A DNA stretch of 64,000 bases from positions 70,123-134,122 of IMG/VR virus record IMGVR_UViG_3300037485_001872; one strand, 5' to 3'. The notes beneath the pieces are model-generated. The model worked only from the letters and a program-made list of their open reading frames with translations. It was not told the origin of the DNA and ran no database searches. The translations under genes were made by a program, and so were the position numbers. Shown in pieces: positions 1 to 8,800 of the stretch. Numbering within the stretch: the first letter of the stretch is position 1; each line of letters begins with the position of its first letter. This DNA comes from a virus.

Positions 1-154
1 AAACTTAATTGATAGTGGGGTTATTGACCCCTATAAAGTGACAAGGACAGCTCTAGAGACAGCTTATAGTGTAGCTAGTACAATTCTTGATACAGACTGT
101 GTGATAGCTATTACAGCGAATGAGAAACATGAAAGTACAAATATAAATTTTTAA
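1..154 (+). CDS. groEL: GroEL-like chaperonin, 3' end (5'-partial)
   Basis: Frame from base 2 reads [35 protein letters not shown]..., matching the GroEL C-terminal GIIDPxKVTRxAL..A.SVA...L.T signature. Stop TAA at 152-154. Not in the ORF track. Confidence 0.85.
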   Translation, partial: NLIDSGVIDPYKVTRTALETAYSVASTILDTDCVIAITANEKHESTNINF

Positions 155-155
155 T

Positions 156-518
156 ATGGAACAAAATAATGTAACAATGAGCGACTTCAGTACCTTTAGA
201 TTTTTTTGGTCAGATGCACCTAATTCGGCTCCCGCAAGTTCAAGCCTTATAACCTTTCCTTTAATTCAAGGTGTTGCTCAATCAACCTCCTCTGATAAAG
301 ACGTTGTAAATCCAGAACATTATAAAAAAGGAAAAGTGGAATGTATTGATGCTATTGAGTCGGCCACCGTTGGTAAGACAGGGATTGAGGCTACTGATAC
401 AGGTAATGTTTTGAAATATTTGTGGAGGTTTGAGAGTAAGAATGGGTTAACAGATGTTAAAAAGGCTTTGTGGTATCTTAATCATTTAATAGCTCATTTA
501 GAAAGTAAAAATGGATAG
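156..518 (+). CDS. DUF3310 (SaV-like) phage protein
   Basis: DVVNPEHY...ECIDAIE...GNVLKYLWR..KNG..D.KKA.WYL motif. Confidence 0.85.
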   Translation: MEQNNVTMSDFSTFRFFWSDAPNSAPASSSLITFPLIQGVAQSTSSDKDVVNPEHYKKGKVECIDAIESATVGKTGIEATDTGNVLKYLWRFESKNGLTDVKKALWYLNHLIAHLESKNG

Positions 519-753
519 ACCTACATATATAAAATACTTAGAAGCAAATGCTGCTGTCAATATTTTATTTGAGTATTCTAATGAATTTGGGAAACGAAAA
601 CTTTCTATAATGGAATTCAATGATAAAGTGAATTTATTTATGCTCATTCCACAATTTCATTTCTTTAAAGATTGGGTGATAAAGCATTATAACAATAAAT
701 TTCATATTAATTTCTTATTTGATGTTACGGGGGGTTTAATAAAGATTTCATGA
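511..753 (+). CDS. hypothetical protein
   Basis: 80-aa ORF overlapping both neighbours in the operon. Confidence 0.6.
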   Translation: MDRPTYIKYLEANAAVNILFEYSNEFGKRKLSIMEFNDKVNLFMLIPQFHFFKDWVIKHYNNKFHINFLFDVTGGLIKIS

Positions 754-1727
754 GTAAAATTAAACAATGGACAGATAGTGTAAATTTAGCAGTTAAAGAA
801 ATAGGTAGATTTCAGTCTGGAGAAAGTAGACCTTTGAGTTGTGGTATACCACATGTTGACATTAATTTAGTAGGTGGGTTACGTGGTAAAACTATTTTTA
901 CTCTTGCTGGGTATACAGGAATGGGAAAAACGTACCTAAGTCAACGTATTATTAATGGAACGATAGAAAATAATCCAAACTCTAAGATAGCCGTGTTAAA
1001 AATGAATTTTGAAATGAGTGTTTCAGAACTTATATTACGTAGGTTACAAATGGAGACCCATCTATCAATTGAAGAAATTTTATTATCTCCACCATCAGAT
1101 GCTGCTCTTTTTAAGTCTATAATTGACAAAGAAAGAGGTTCATCTACAGTACATATTGAACAAGCACTTACCCCAGAAGAATTTGAAAAAGAGTGTAGAA
1201 TATTTTTAGACAGTAATACAGATAAAGATTTAGCTATTATAGAGCTTGACCACTGCTCCCTCGTACAAGGAGAGGATAAAAAAAGAGCTGTGGATAAAAT
1301 GGTGGAGATTTGTATAAAATTAAAGCAAGAATATGATAATTCTTTCTTTTTGCTACTAGCGCAATTAAATCGGTCTTTAGAAGGGCGTACTCTTATAACT
1401 GAGTTAGCTCCTAGGTTATCCGATGTTTATGCTAGTAGTACCATGGGGTTTGCTAGTACTGTTATATTAATAGTACATCAACCTAGTAGAATGGGTATTC
1501 AAAAGTATTTGACACTAAATGTTGAAAAGTATCATTATCTTTCCGATTTTTTCATAGAGGGTAATAGTGATAGGTGGGCTTCTTTAGATACATATAAAAC
1601 AATATTTTATCATTATGTTAAAAATAGGGTGTCTAGTGAAATACCTGATATTTTTGCTGAAAGGTATGGTGTGGCTCCTATAGAGAAGAAATATACAGAT
1701 AGTGTAGAAAAATTAAATGATTTCTAA
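750..1727 (+). CDS. DnaB-like (SF4) replicative helicase, ATPase domain only
   Basis: Walker A AGYTGMGKT, NFEMS, Walker-B-like IIELDH, LAQLNR and PRLSD motifs; no N-terminal DnaB domain. Confidence 0.85.
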   Translation: MSKIKQWTDSVNLAVKEIGRFQSGESRPLSCGIPHVDINLVGGLRGKTIFTLAGYTGMGKTYLSQRIINGTIENNPNSKIAVLKMNFEMSVSELILRRLQMETHLSIEEILLSPPSDAALFKSIIDKERGSSTVHIEQALTPEEFEKECRIFLDSNTDKDLAIIELDHCSLVQGEDKKRAVDKMVEICIKLKQEYDNSFFLLLAQLNRSLEGRTLITELAPRLSDVYASSTMGFASTVILIVHQPSRMGIQKYLTLNVEKYHYLSDFFIEGNSDRWASLDTYKTIFYHYVKNRVSSEIPDIFAERYGVAPIEKKYTDSVEKLNDF

Positions 1728-1728
1728 A

Positions 1729-1795
1729 TTGTAATATTTTTGTCAGGAAAAAATAAAACTATTGTATATTTTAATAATTATTGTATATTTGTATT
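1729..1795 (+). promoter_or_regulatory. Bacteroidetes-type promoter with upstream 18-bp direct-repeat box
   Basis: TTG at 1762-1764, 19-nt spacer, TATATTTG at 1784-1791; box TTGTAATATTTTTGTCAG at 1729-1746; ATG follows at 1796. Confidence 0.75.
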
Positions 1796-2332
1796 ATGAT
1801 TTTTAACGTAGAATTAGTGATTAAATCAGGAGTAAGTGATTCAGAAATAATTACACTCCTAACTATTAAAAACAAGGGTTATGAATACTTAGCCATTCGT
1901 ACTGACCAATTAAATTCTCTCAAAGATAAGGAATTTGTGGAAATGGTGAAAGGTAAGGTTGGAACCCCTACTTATATGAATGCACGTCTTAGTAAAAAAG
2001 GAAAAGACTTTTTAAGGGATATTAGTATTCCTGGCGTTTCTGAAGAAGCAAAACAAGTATTAACTAATGCTTGTTCATCTTATGAATCCAGAGGTTTTGG
2101 AGAAAAAATAGGGAATAAAAAAAGAGCTGTCTCTTTAATATCATGGTTTTTAATTGAAACAAGTTTTTCAGCTGAACAAGTCTGTAAAGCTATTTCGGAT
2201 TATATATGGGGAGTAGGGGAACTTACCTATTGTACTCTTCTACCTAACCTTATATGGAAACCAATGTCTGTATTTGAGACCAAGCCAAATACCGCAGATT
2301 CAAAACTATATAAATTGATGACACAAAAATAA
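1796..2332 (+). CDS. hypothetical protein, possibly replication-related
   Basis: ORF after the helicase. Start moved from TTG 1781, which lies in the promoter, to ATG 1796. Confidence 0.7.
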   Translation: MIFNVELVIKSGVSDSEIITLLTIKNKGYEYLAIRTDQLNSLKDKEFVEMVKGKVGTPTYMNARLSKKGKDFLRDISIPGVSEEAKQVLTNACSSYESRGFGEKIGNKKRAVSLISWFLIETSFSAEQVCKAISDYIWGVGELTYCTLLPNLIWKPMSVFETKPNTADSKLYKLMTQK

Positions 2333-2354
2333 TTCTCGATTCGCAAATCACAAA

Positions 2355-2422
2355 TTGTCATATTTTTGTAACAAAAAAAGAATAAATTTGTTACATTGAA
2401 AAAATTGTTGTATATTTGTAAT
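2355..2422 (+). promoter_or_regulatory. Bacteroidetes-type promoter with upstream 18-bp direct-repeat box
   Basis: TTTG at 2387-2390, 20-nt spacer, TATATTTG at 2411-2418; box TTGTCATATTTTTGTAAC at 2355-2372; ATG at 2423. Confidence 0.75.
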
Positions 2423-2566
2423 ATGGTTTTGAAAGTAAAAAGAAATAGAGAATCAAAATCGGTAAGGAGACAGCGACAATTAATAAGAAGAAAGCTACTT
2501 CAAAGATGTGTGGCCTCTAAGAAAAAGTATAAACGTTCATTTTATAAAAATATTGAGAAGAATTAA
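2423..2566 (+). CDS. 47-aa highly basic micro-protein with an ArfA-like motif
   Basis: MVLKVKRNRESKSVRRQRQLIRRKLLQRCVASKKKYKRSFYKNIEKN*. ATG lies 4 nt after the promoter -7 box, as at the two sibling promoters. Below the ORF-track cutoff. Confidence 0.65.
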   Translation: MVLKVKRNRESKSVRRQRQLIRRKLLQRCVASKKKYKRSFYKNIEKN

Positions 2567-2804
2567 AACACTTCTCAAAAATCGGTACTACTCCTCTGAC
2601 AAAGGAGTGCTAAAAGACCTTATTACAACGTGAATAATAGAAATATTATAGGGCTGGTAGTTTAAGGTAGTACAGTGGAGGTGTCATCTCCTCACGGGAA
2701 AGCACCACTCTGCTTCTGTAATGAGTGAGCTAAAATAAGTCCGAGCATAAATAAGGCATAGCTTTCCTAATTTAAATTTTAGAAATTAAAAACAAAAAAA
2801 ATAT

Positions 2805-3674
2805 ATGAAAAAACTATTAATACTAGCGTTATGCTTAATCGCTTACAATTCAAAAGCAGATAGTGAAAACTGTCCAACCTCTGTCTCTTACAATAGTTCT
2901 AAGAAGCAGTTTACTTTTTATTATGCTGGAGGTATTCCAAAAGATGGTAATGGAAATTCTAACTATGACCGAATACAAATTGAAAATAGTATTGGTCAAG
3001 GAAGTCAATGGTATACAAAAGGAGGGGTTAAAATAAAAATCCTTTCTAAAACCTCCACCACTTTAGTTACAAACAATGCCTCAGATTCTTTAGATGGAAC
3101 CTCAGAAATGTATACATCAGGGAAGCATAAGGATAAGATAACTTATTGGCAGGGGAATGTTGATTTAAAACATGATTATAGTTCTAGTGATAAACGCTTT
3201 ATTAACCATTGTTATTATGATGCCCCACTTCCTGTTAAACTAATTTCTTTCTCCTATAGTAAAGAATTATTTAGTTTTAAATGGGTGACGGCCTCCGAAA
3301 TTGATAATGAAAAATTTATGATTCAGGAGAGTGAAGATTGTACAAATTGGCATACTATACTGGAAATACAATCAAAAAATTCAAATTCTACTTCTAATAC
3401 TTATTATTCATGTATGTACTTACACCCCTCTGGATTTTATAGAATAGTACAGAGAGATTTTAATGGGGTGATGGAAACTTTTCAACCCATTTACTTATAT
3501 AAAGATGCTCCAAATATTTCAATAATAGATGATGTAATAACAACAGGGTCTCTTTCCACTATATTAAATATTGTTGGAGATGTTGTTTTTGAAGGAATTG
3601 GGAGTGTTAGACTTATCCCAGGTTATTATTTTATTCTTTCTGAGGATAAATGGTTTAAAATTCAAATTAAATAA
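2805..3674 (+). CDS. secreted protein with PLPVxL Ig-like domain and T9SS CTD-like tail
   Basis: Signal peptide MKKLLILALCLIAYNSKA; PLPVKLISF..W.TASE.DN..F.IQ.S.D...W...FYRI.Q.DFNG domain; C-terminus NIVG.VV...L.PG.YF......KIQIK. Confidence 0.75.
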   Translation: MKKLLILALCLIAYNSKADSENCPTSVSYNSSKKQFTFYYAGGIPKDGNGNSNYDRIQIENSIGQGSQWYTKGGVKIKILSKTSTTLVTNNASDSLDGTSEMYTSGKHKDKITYWQGNVDLKHDYSSSDKRFINHCYYDAPLPVKLISFSYSKELFSFKWVTASEIDNEKFMIQESEDCTNWHTILEIQSKNSNSTSNTYYSCMYLHPSGFYRIVQRDFNGVMETFQPIYLYKDAPNISIIDDVITTGSLSTILNIVGDVVFEGIGSVRLIPGYYFILSEDKWFKIQIK

Positions 3675-3719
3675 TATGAAATATAAACACGCAGATTACG
3701 AAAATATTTTTGAAGTGCT

Positions 3720-4064
3720 ATGAACGTTCTGTTTATTTGTACCTCAAACAAAGATAGGAGCGTTGCCCTAGAAAACTATTTTGAAGATGTTTTTACCTCC
3801 CATAAGTATAGAAGTGCTGGAATTAACAAATACTTCACAGAGCAGAAGAAAACACACTATTTAACCTATAAGGATATTGAGTGGGCTGATTTTATTGTAT
3901 TTGCAGAGGATATTCATAGAGAGGTGGTGAAACGTGATTTTGGTTATGAATGTATACAGTTTAAGCAATCTGAGATTCTTAATTTAGGTGAATACACTAA
4001 AGGAAATATTGAAGAAGATTATTTGACAAGAGCTGAGTTAAAATTATTTCGTTACTTGTCTTAA
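3720..4064 (+). CDS. low-molecular-weight protein-tyrosine-phosphatase-like protein
   Basis: P-loop LFICTSNKDRS (CX5R), RSAG and WADFI motifs. Confidence 0.8.
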   Translation: MNVLFICTSNKDRSVALENYFEDVFTSHKYRSAGINKYFTEQKKTHYLTYKDIEWADFIVFAEDIHREVVKRDFGYECIQFKQSEILNLGEYTKGNIEEDYLTRAELKLFRYLS

Positions 4065-4175
4065 AGCTATTCCCAGATGGGTGGGAATCTACGTTGATTA
4101 GGAATGCCCCAGGAGTTTATGCTCACTAAGTATTCGCCAGCGCATAAAGGCAAAAAAGCTATTTGTCCCCATACT

Positions 4176-4200
4176 AGCCTCCTTCGGGGGGCTTTTTATT
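4176..4200 (+). terminator. intrinsic terminator
   Basis: AGCCTCC-TTCG-GGGGGCT hairpin followed by a T run. Confidence 0.85.
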
Positions 4201-4201
4201 T

Positions 4202-4268
4202 TTGTCATATTTATGTCAATTGAAAAATTAATGCTTGTTTATCTAACAAAATTTTGTATCTTTGTATC
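4202..4268 (+). promoter_or_regulatory. Bacteroidetes-type promoter with upstream 18-bp direct-repeat box
   Basis: TTG at 4235-4237, 19-nt spacer, TATCTTTG at 4257-4264; box TTGTCATATTTATGTCAA at 4202-4219; ATG at 4269. Confidence 0.75.
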
Positions 4269-4694
4269 ATGAATTTAGGTATAGCGATTGCTCTTGCAGC
4301 AGAGAAATTTAAAAACAAAACAGATAAGGCTGGTCAACCCTACATCCTACACTGCCTTCGGGTTATGAATAAGATGAATCATAATGATTTTGAGCTTATG
4401 TGTATAGCTGTTTTACATGATGTTGTAGAAGATACTGATGTTTCAATATCTAACCTATATGAAATGGGATTTTCAACCAGAATATGTCAAGCTGTTTACG
4501 TATTAACCCATAGTAAAGGAGAATCATATGATACTTATATCAAGTGTGTAGCAACTAATTCTGATGCTGTAAAGGTGAAATTAGCAGACTTAAAAGATAA
4601 TTCTGATATTACACGCCTCAAGGGATTGACCAAAGCAGATTTCGATAGAATGGAAAAGTATCATAGAAGTTTTATTTACCTATCTAAAATATAA
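4269..4694 (+). CDS. HD-domain hydrolase, RelA/SpoT (Mesh1/small alarmone hydrolase)-like
   Basis: DKAGQPYILHCLRV, AVLHDVVEDT and VKLADLKDN motifs; start corrected to ATG 4269. Confidence 0.85.
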   Translation: MNLGIAIALAAEKFKNKTDKAGQPYILHCLRVMNKMNHNDFELMCIAVLHDVVEDTDVSISNLYEMGFSTRICQAVYVLTHSKGESYDTYIKCVATNSDAVKVKLADLKDNSDITRLKGLTKADFDRMEKYHRSFIYLSKI

Positions 4695-4696
4695 TC

Positions 4697-5017
4697 ATGG
4701 GAGAATTTGTAGAGTATAACGAAGCATTAGATTTACAGGAACTAGGAATGACTACAGATTATTTTGCAGTTTATTCTGTAGCTGATAAATCAAGGGTTTA
4801 TGCTCCTGATTATATAAGGGGGGGTGCTATACCTGCCCCACTATACCAACAAGTAGTGGATTGGTTTGAAAAAGAACATCAAATATTCATTGGTAAAACA
4901 GGATATAATGATGGTGTAACTCCTAAACGATTTGTATACCATGTTGACTCTCTATATTGTGATGAACAATCATATGATGGAGCTATTAAAGAAGCAATAA
5001 AAATTATAAAACAATGA
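4697..5017 (+). CDS. hypothetical phage protein
   Basis: 106-aa ORF with a PAPLYQQV.DWF..H motif. Confidence 0.7.
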   Translation: MGEFVEYNEALDLQELGMTTDYFAVYSVADKSRVYAPDYIRGGAIPAPLYQQVVDWFEKEHQIFIGKTGYNDGVTPKRFVYHVDSLYCDEQSYDGAIKEAIKIIKQ

Positions 5018-5166
5018 AAAATAGACGTTTAGAAAGAGAAGCCGATGGTGTTAGTAACATTATAATTGACTTAATTTCAGAGATTAATTCTCTGGAGGAT
5101 GAGATTCAAAATTTAGAAGAGAAAGTTGAACGATTGGAAGATGAGTTGACTGACTTAAAAGCTTAA
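5014..5166 (+). CDS. 50-aa coiled-coil micro-protein
   Basis: ATGA-coupled to the previous gene; MKNRRLEREADGVSNIIIDLISEINSLEDEIQNLEEKVERLEDELTDLKA* shows a heptad pattern; ends just before the terminator. Confidence 0.7.
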   Translation: MKNRRLEREADGVSNIIIDLISEINSLEDEIQNLEEKVERLEDELTDLKA

Positions 5167-5184
5167 CCTTATACCCATTAAATG

Positions 5185-5210
5185 AAAAAAGCCCCTATTT
5201 GGGGCTTTTT
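5185..5210. terminator. bidirectional intrinsic terminator at the strand convergence
   Basis: AAAAAAGCCCC-TATTT-GGGGCTTTTT between convergent gene blocks. Confidence 0.9.
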
Positions 5211-5213
5211 CTT

Positions 5214-5864
5214 TTACATGCTCTCTGGAAAATAATATCGTAAATTACTAGTATTTGGTATTTGTTCCTTTAACATCTGTGTCACATAAAATCTACTACG
5301 GCCATAGTCTTTTGCAGCTAAATTTATAGAAGAGTAAATTTCGTTAGTCTCTATATTAATTACAGGTGTACCTTTTGTTTTAGATATTTTATCTCTACAT
5401 TCTTTTGACTTAGGTATTCCTAATAGACTTTTCAACAATCCTCTTCTTGTTCCTTCTGCCATTTGTTTCCCTCTATTAGATGCTGCTCCTTTTGCTCTTG
5501 CTTCTGGAGTCCTTACTTTTCCAATTTGCCATTCTGACATTTTTCTTCTAGTTTCCTCTGAATATACTGGAGGTAATAAATCTGTGGCAGGTAGTATACA
5601 ATTTAATCCTACTTCTGGGTCTAATACATTATAATACTCTCCCCAATATCTTTCCTTAATAAATCTATTATCAAAATTACATTCTTCAATTATAGTGAAG
5701 ATGTGGTTTTCCCATCCGTATTTTTGAATTGACCTGTATATGATGGTTTGTCCTACAACCTCACTTCTTTTATAGTTACTTTTTCTCTTTGTTATATTTA
5801 AAGTAGAACCAACATAAATCCTTCCAGAAGGACTTGTAATCATATAAATCCATGCTTTTCTCAT
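5214..5864 (-). CDS. GIY-YIG homing endonuclease with NUMOD3/NUMOD1-type repeats
   Basis: WIYMI..PSGRIYVGST...R motif, SEETRRKMS repeats, C-terminal IYSSI..AA. Confidence 0.9.
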   Translation of the reverse strand: MRKAWIYMITSPSGRIYVGSTLNITKRKSNYKRSEVVGQTIIYRSIQKYGWENHIFTIIEECNFDNRFIKERYWGEYYNVLDPEVGLNCILPATDLLPPVYSEETRRKMSEWQIGKVRTPEARAKGAASNRGKQMAEGTRRGLLKSLLGIPKSKECRDKISKTKGTPVINIETNEIYSSINLAAKDYGRSRFYVTQMLKEQIPNTSNLRYYFPESM

Positions 5865-8800
5865 TAGATACCTCCTGTTTTATCAATAGTATTTATGTTA
5901 TTATCTAAGGCTTCTTTTTTAAGTTTTTCCTTTTCTAATTTAGATGGTTTTTGAACTGAAATTAAAACTTCACTATTTAACATACGATAGAAGGAAGTCT
6001 TCTCCCTAACCGCATCTGCGTTTCGTAAGTCCATATAGTGTTTGTAATACGTATTTCTCAATAATAGTCTAGCAACTTTAGGATAACCCTCCCATGTGCC
6101 AGAAGTTACAGGGTCAGAAGTCCAATCTTTCACTGTAAATAGTTGAGACATTGTATTACCAGCCATAATAGGTGATTTTATAATATCTATAACATTCAAG
6201 AATCCTGTTGGAGCCTGTGATGAACCAACTTCCGAAGTAGTTCTAAAGTAAATAAATGAAAGGTATTGGATAGCCCAGTTGTGTTTATTCTTGTCATCAT
6301 CCGCAGCGGCCATCACTAACATTCCTAGCATCGTTAAAATAGTGAATGCGGCAACATCTAAAGCAATTAATTTCAAATTGGCTTGTTCTGTCTTAGATAG
6401 ACTTCTATAGTTAGACTTAATAGACGAAATAGCCTTTGTAAGCCCATCTTTATAGGCTAATGAGGTTAAGTCAGAGATGAAGTGCTTAAATGTAATATAA
6501 TGACCTTCTTCTTCAATTCCTTGGCGTAAATTTAAGTGCTTTCTCTTAAACCTTTTTTGAACTCCTAATGTAAACCAATCCTTGAAGTTTGTAAAGAATT
6601 GCATCATAAAGTGTCGACTTGCTGCACTCTTATCGTCAGCTGAGGTTTTAGAATCTATTGTATTATTAGTAGAAATTATTTTACTCTGTACACGACTTAA
6701 TAAAGCATCTGCATATTCTTTACCTATAGCATTTTCTGTGGCTTCACTTAGTTGCATAATTCCCTCTCTATTTTCTAATAGATTGTACAAGGAATCTTTA
6801 CGAAGTGTGTTCCACTTAAATAATAAAGCCTTACTATCAATATTTGCATTATCTGCTCTAAGCTTAAACTCCTCGTATGTTAAGAACTTATCACCAACAA
6901 GTCTAAAATCATCTAAAACACTAAGCATTACAATATTTGCGTGTGGGGTTGCCGCCATTTCCATAAATGCATATGGACTGTCATTTAATGAACGCAATAT
7001 TCTATTATACCCAGCACTCTTAGTCTTAGTAGCAATTTCATGCACTCCAAAGGTTTCACCTAGTTTGTACAATTTATTTTGTTTGTTAACCTTTCCTATC
7101 TCTGTAGTGTATTCTGGTAATAACTTAGATAGTTCTCCCCCAGCCCATCTACTTGAGTTAGTATTGATATATAAACCGACACGGTTGTAAATAGCAAGTT
7201 GAATGTTAGATACTAAAGCAGAGGTGATGGCAATTGTTGGAGAAAATCCTAATGCCGCTTTCTTAATCAAATTATTAAAATGTACGGCCATTCTTGATAC
7301 ATCCACTTCCTTACCATTTTGTAATGTTATGGATGACTTCGCTGAGAGCCTTCTACCGTAGAAATATGCATCCATGGCTTCTCTATATGCTTCCGCTACA
7401 TTGGTGGACGCTGGAGCCTTCCCTTTGTCAAATTTAGAGTTTAATAACTTATTCTGTATTACAGAAACATCGGCAATAGAGTTAATACGTTGTTCGAAGG
7501 TATTTGCTGCATTTTGTAATACGGCATAAGAATATATGAAATCATTTGAAACATCCTCCATATCATCCAAATCTCTTAAATAGTATTTTGGAATAATACG
7601 TATGTCTGTATCCTGTCCTTCCACTTGCTCTCCATAATCCTTTTCGTCCTCTCTATTATAGATGACATCTTTTACGCTATTTTTAATAGCATCCCAACTT
7701 GCATTTTGAATACGTTCATATTTACCTCTTCTAACCTGTGGAATCTTGTTAATATTTCTTCCCTCTTCCTCATACTTAATGTGAGCATCTTTGGTTACGG
7801 CCTTTAATTTTTGAAGCATTGTAAATTCTTCTAAATTAGTTGTGGCTTGCCCATTAGCATCAGGATTAAATCTACGGAAGTATTCATCATTTCTCCACTT
7901 ACTGATTTTTGGTTGTTTAAATCCAAATTCAGAATCGGTTTTATAATCTGGGTTACGTAAATCTTCTCCCTCTTCCACCCATTCAAATCTAGTTGAAATA
8001 GCCAGGTTATGTAAAATATTAGTTGGAGCATAAGCTGTTGCTTTAGCTGCTTCTAAATCATCCAATAATTTAGTGGTGGAATAGGTTCCGTCTTTTAGGT
8101 TTATTAAAAGCGCATCATATCCCATAGGAGCAAATCTCTTGAAGTAGCTAGTTACACGTTCTCTACTGTAATCGGCCACTAACTCTTCCATCCCTCTATT
8201 TGTTAAAAGACTTCTAACATCGTCTGAAGAATTCACCCCATATTTTCTATCAAAATAGTCTTCATATGCTTTAAGGTTTTCTCCCCCACGTTGTACATTT
8301 TTAAGAGCTGAAGTGAAACGTCTAACCCGTGATTTATTCTCTTCTGTCATATGTAGAAGAAGAAACTCGGATTCTGGTTTACCTGAGTCGGCTAAAGCTT
8401 TAGTATAAGCTTCGTTTGTTGTATTTTCTGAATAGGAGAAAGGGTCTTCAATCTTCTCTTCATACTTACTTAAAATTGTATTAACATCTAGGAATAGTTC
8501 TTGAATACGGTCTTCTTTTTCAATTATATTCTTCTTTGTTAATTCCCCCATTAAATCGTATTCAATCTCCGCTGGCGAGTTAGCCGAAGTGAATTGACGT
8601 AAGATTTCTTTTTTAGAATTAAGAAGCTCTTCCAACTCATCCATACTAGCCTTCATAGTTCTACTATGCTCAGGTGTTATACGGCTATCATTAAGTCTTA
8701 TTGCATCCACTCTATCTACCATTTTGGTAGTGTTAGCAGTTATTGCATTCCAATAAGCATCACTAAAGTTTAATCCACCATTGGCCATTAAGAATTTGAA

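Noticed and set aside
2651-2725. tRNA-Asp(GTC)-like sequence
   Set aside because: Only the 5' half resembles a tRNA; no T-loop and no complementary acceptor 3' strand, so it is not called a tRNA
2728-2768. TAAAATAAG..TCCG and AAATAAGGC strings reminiscent of tracrRNA or pistol ribozyme
   Set aside because: Short AT-rich matches without the required stems or anti-repeat; no cas gene or CRISPR array in the window
4089-4125. CTACGTT...GGAAT resembling HEARO/omegaRNA
   Set aside because: Other conserved elements are missing and there is no IscB or TnpB gene nearby
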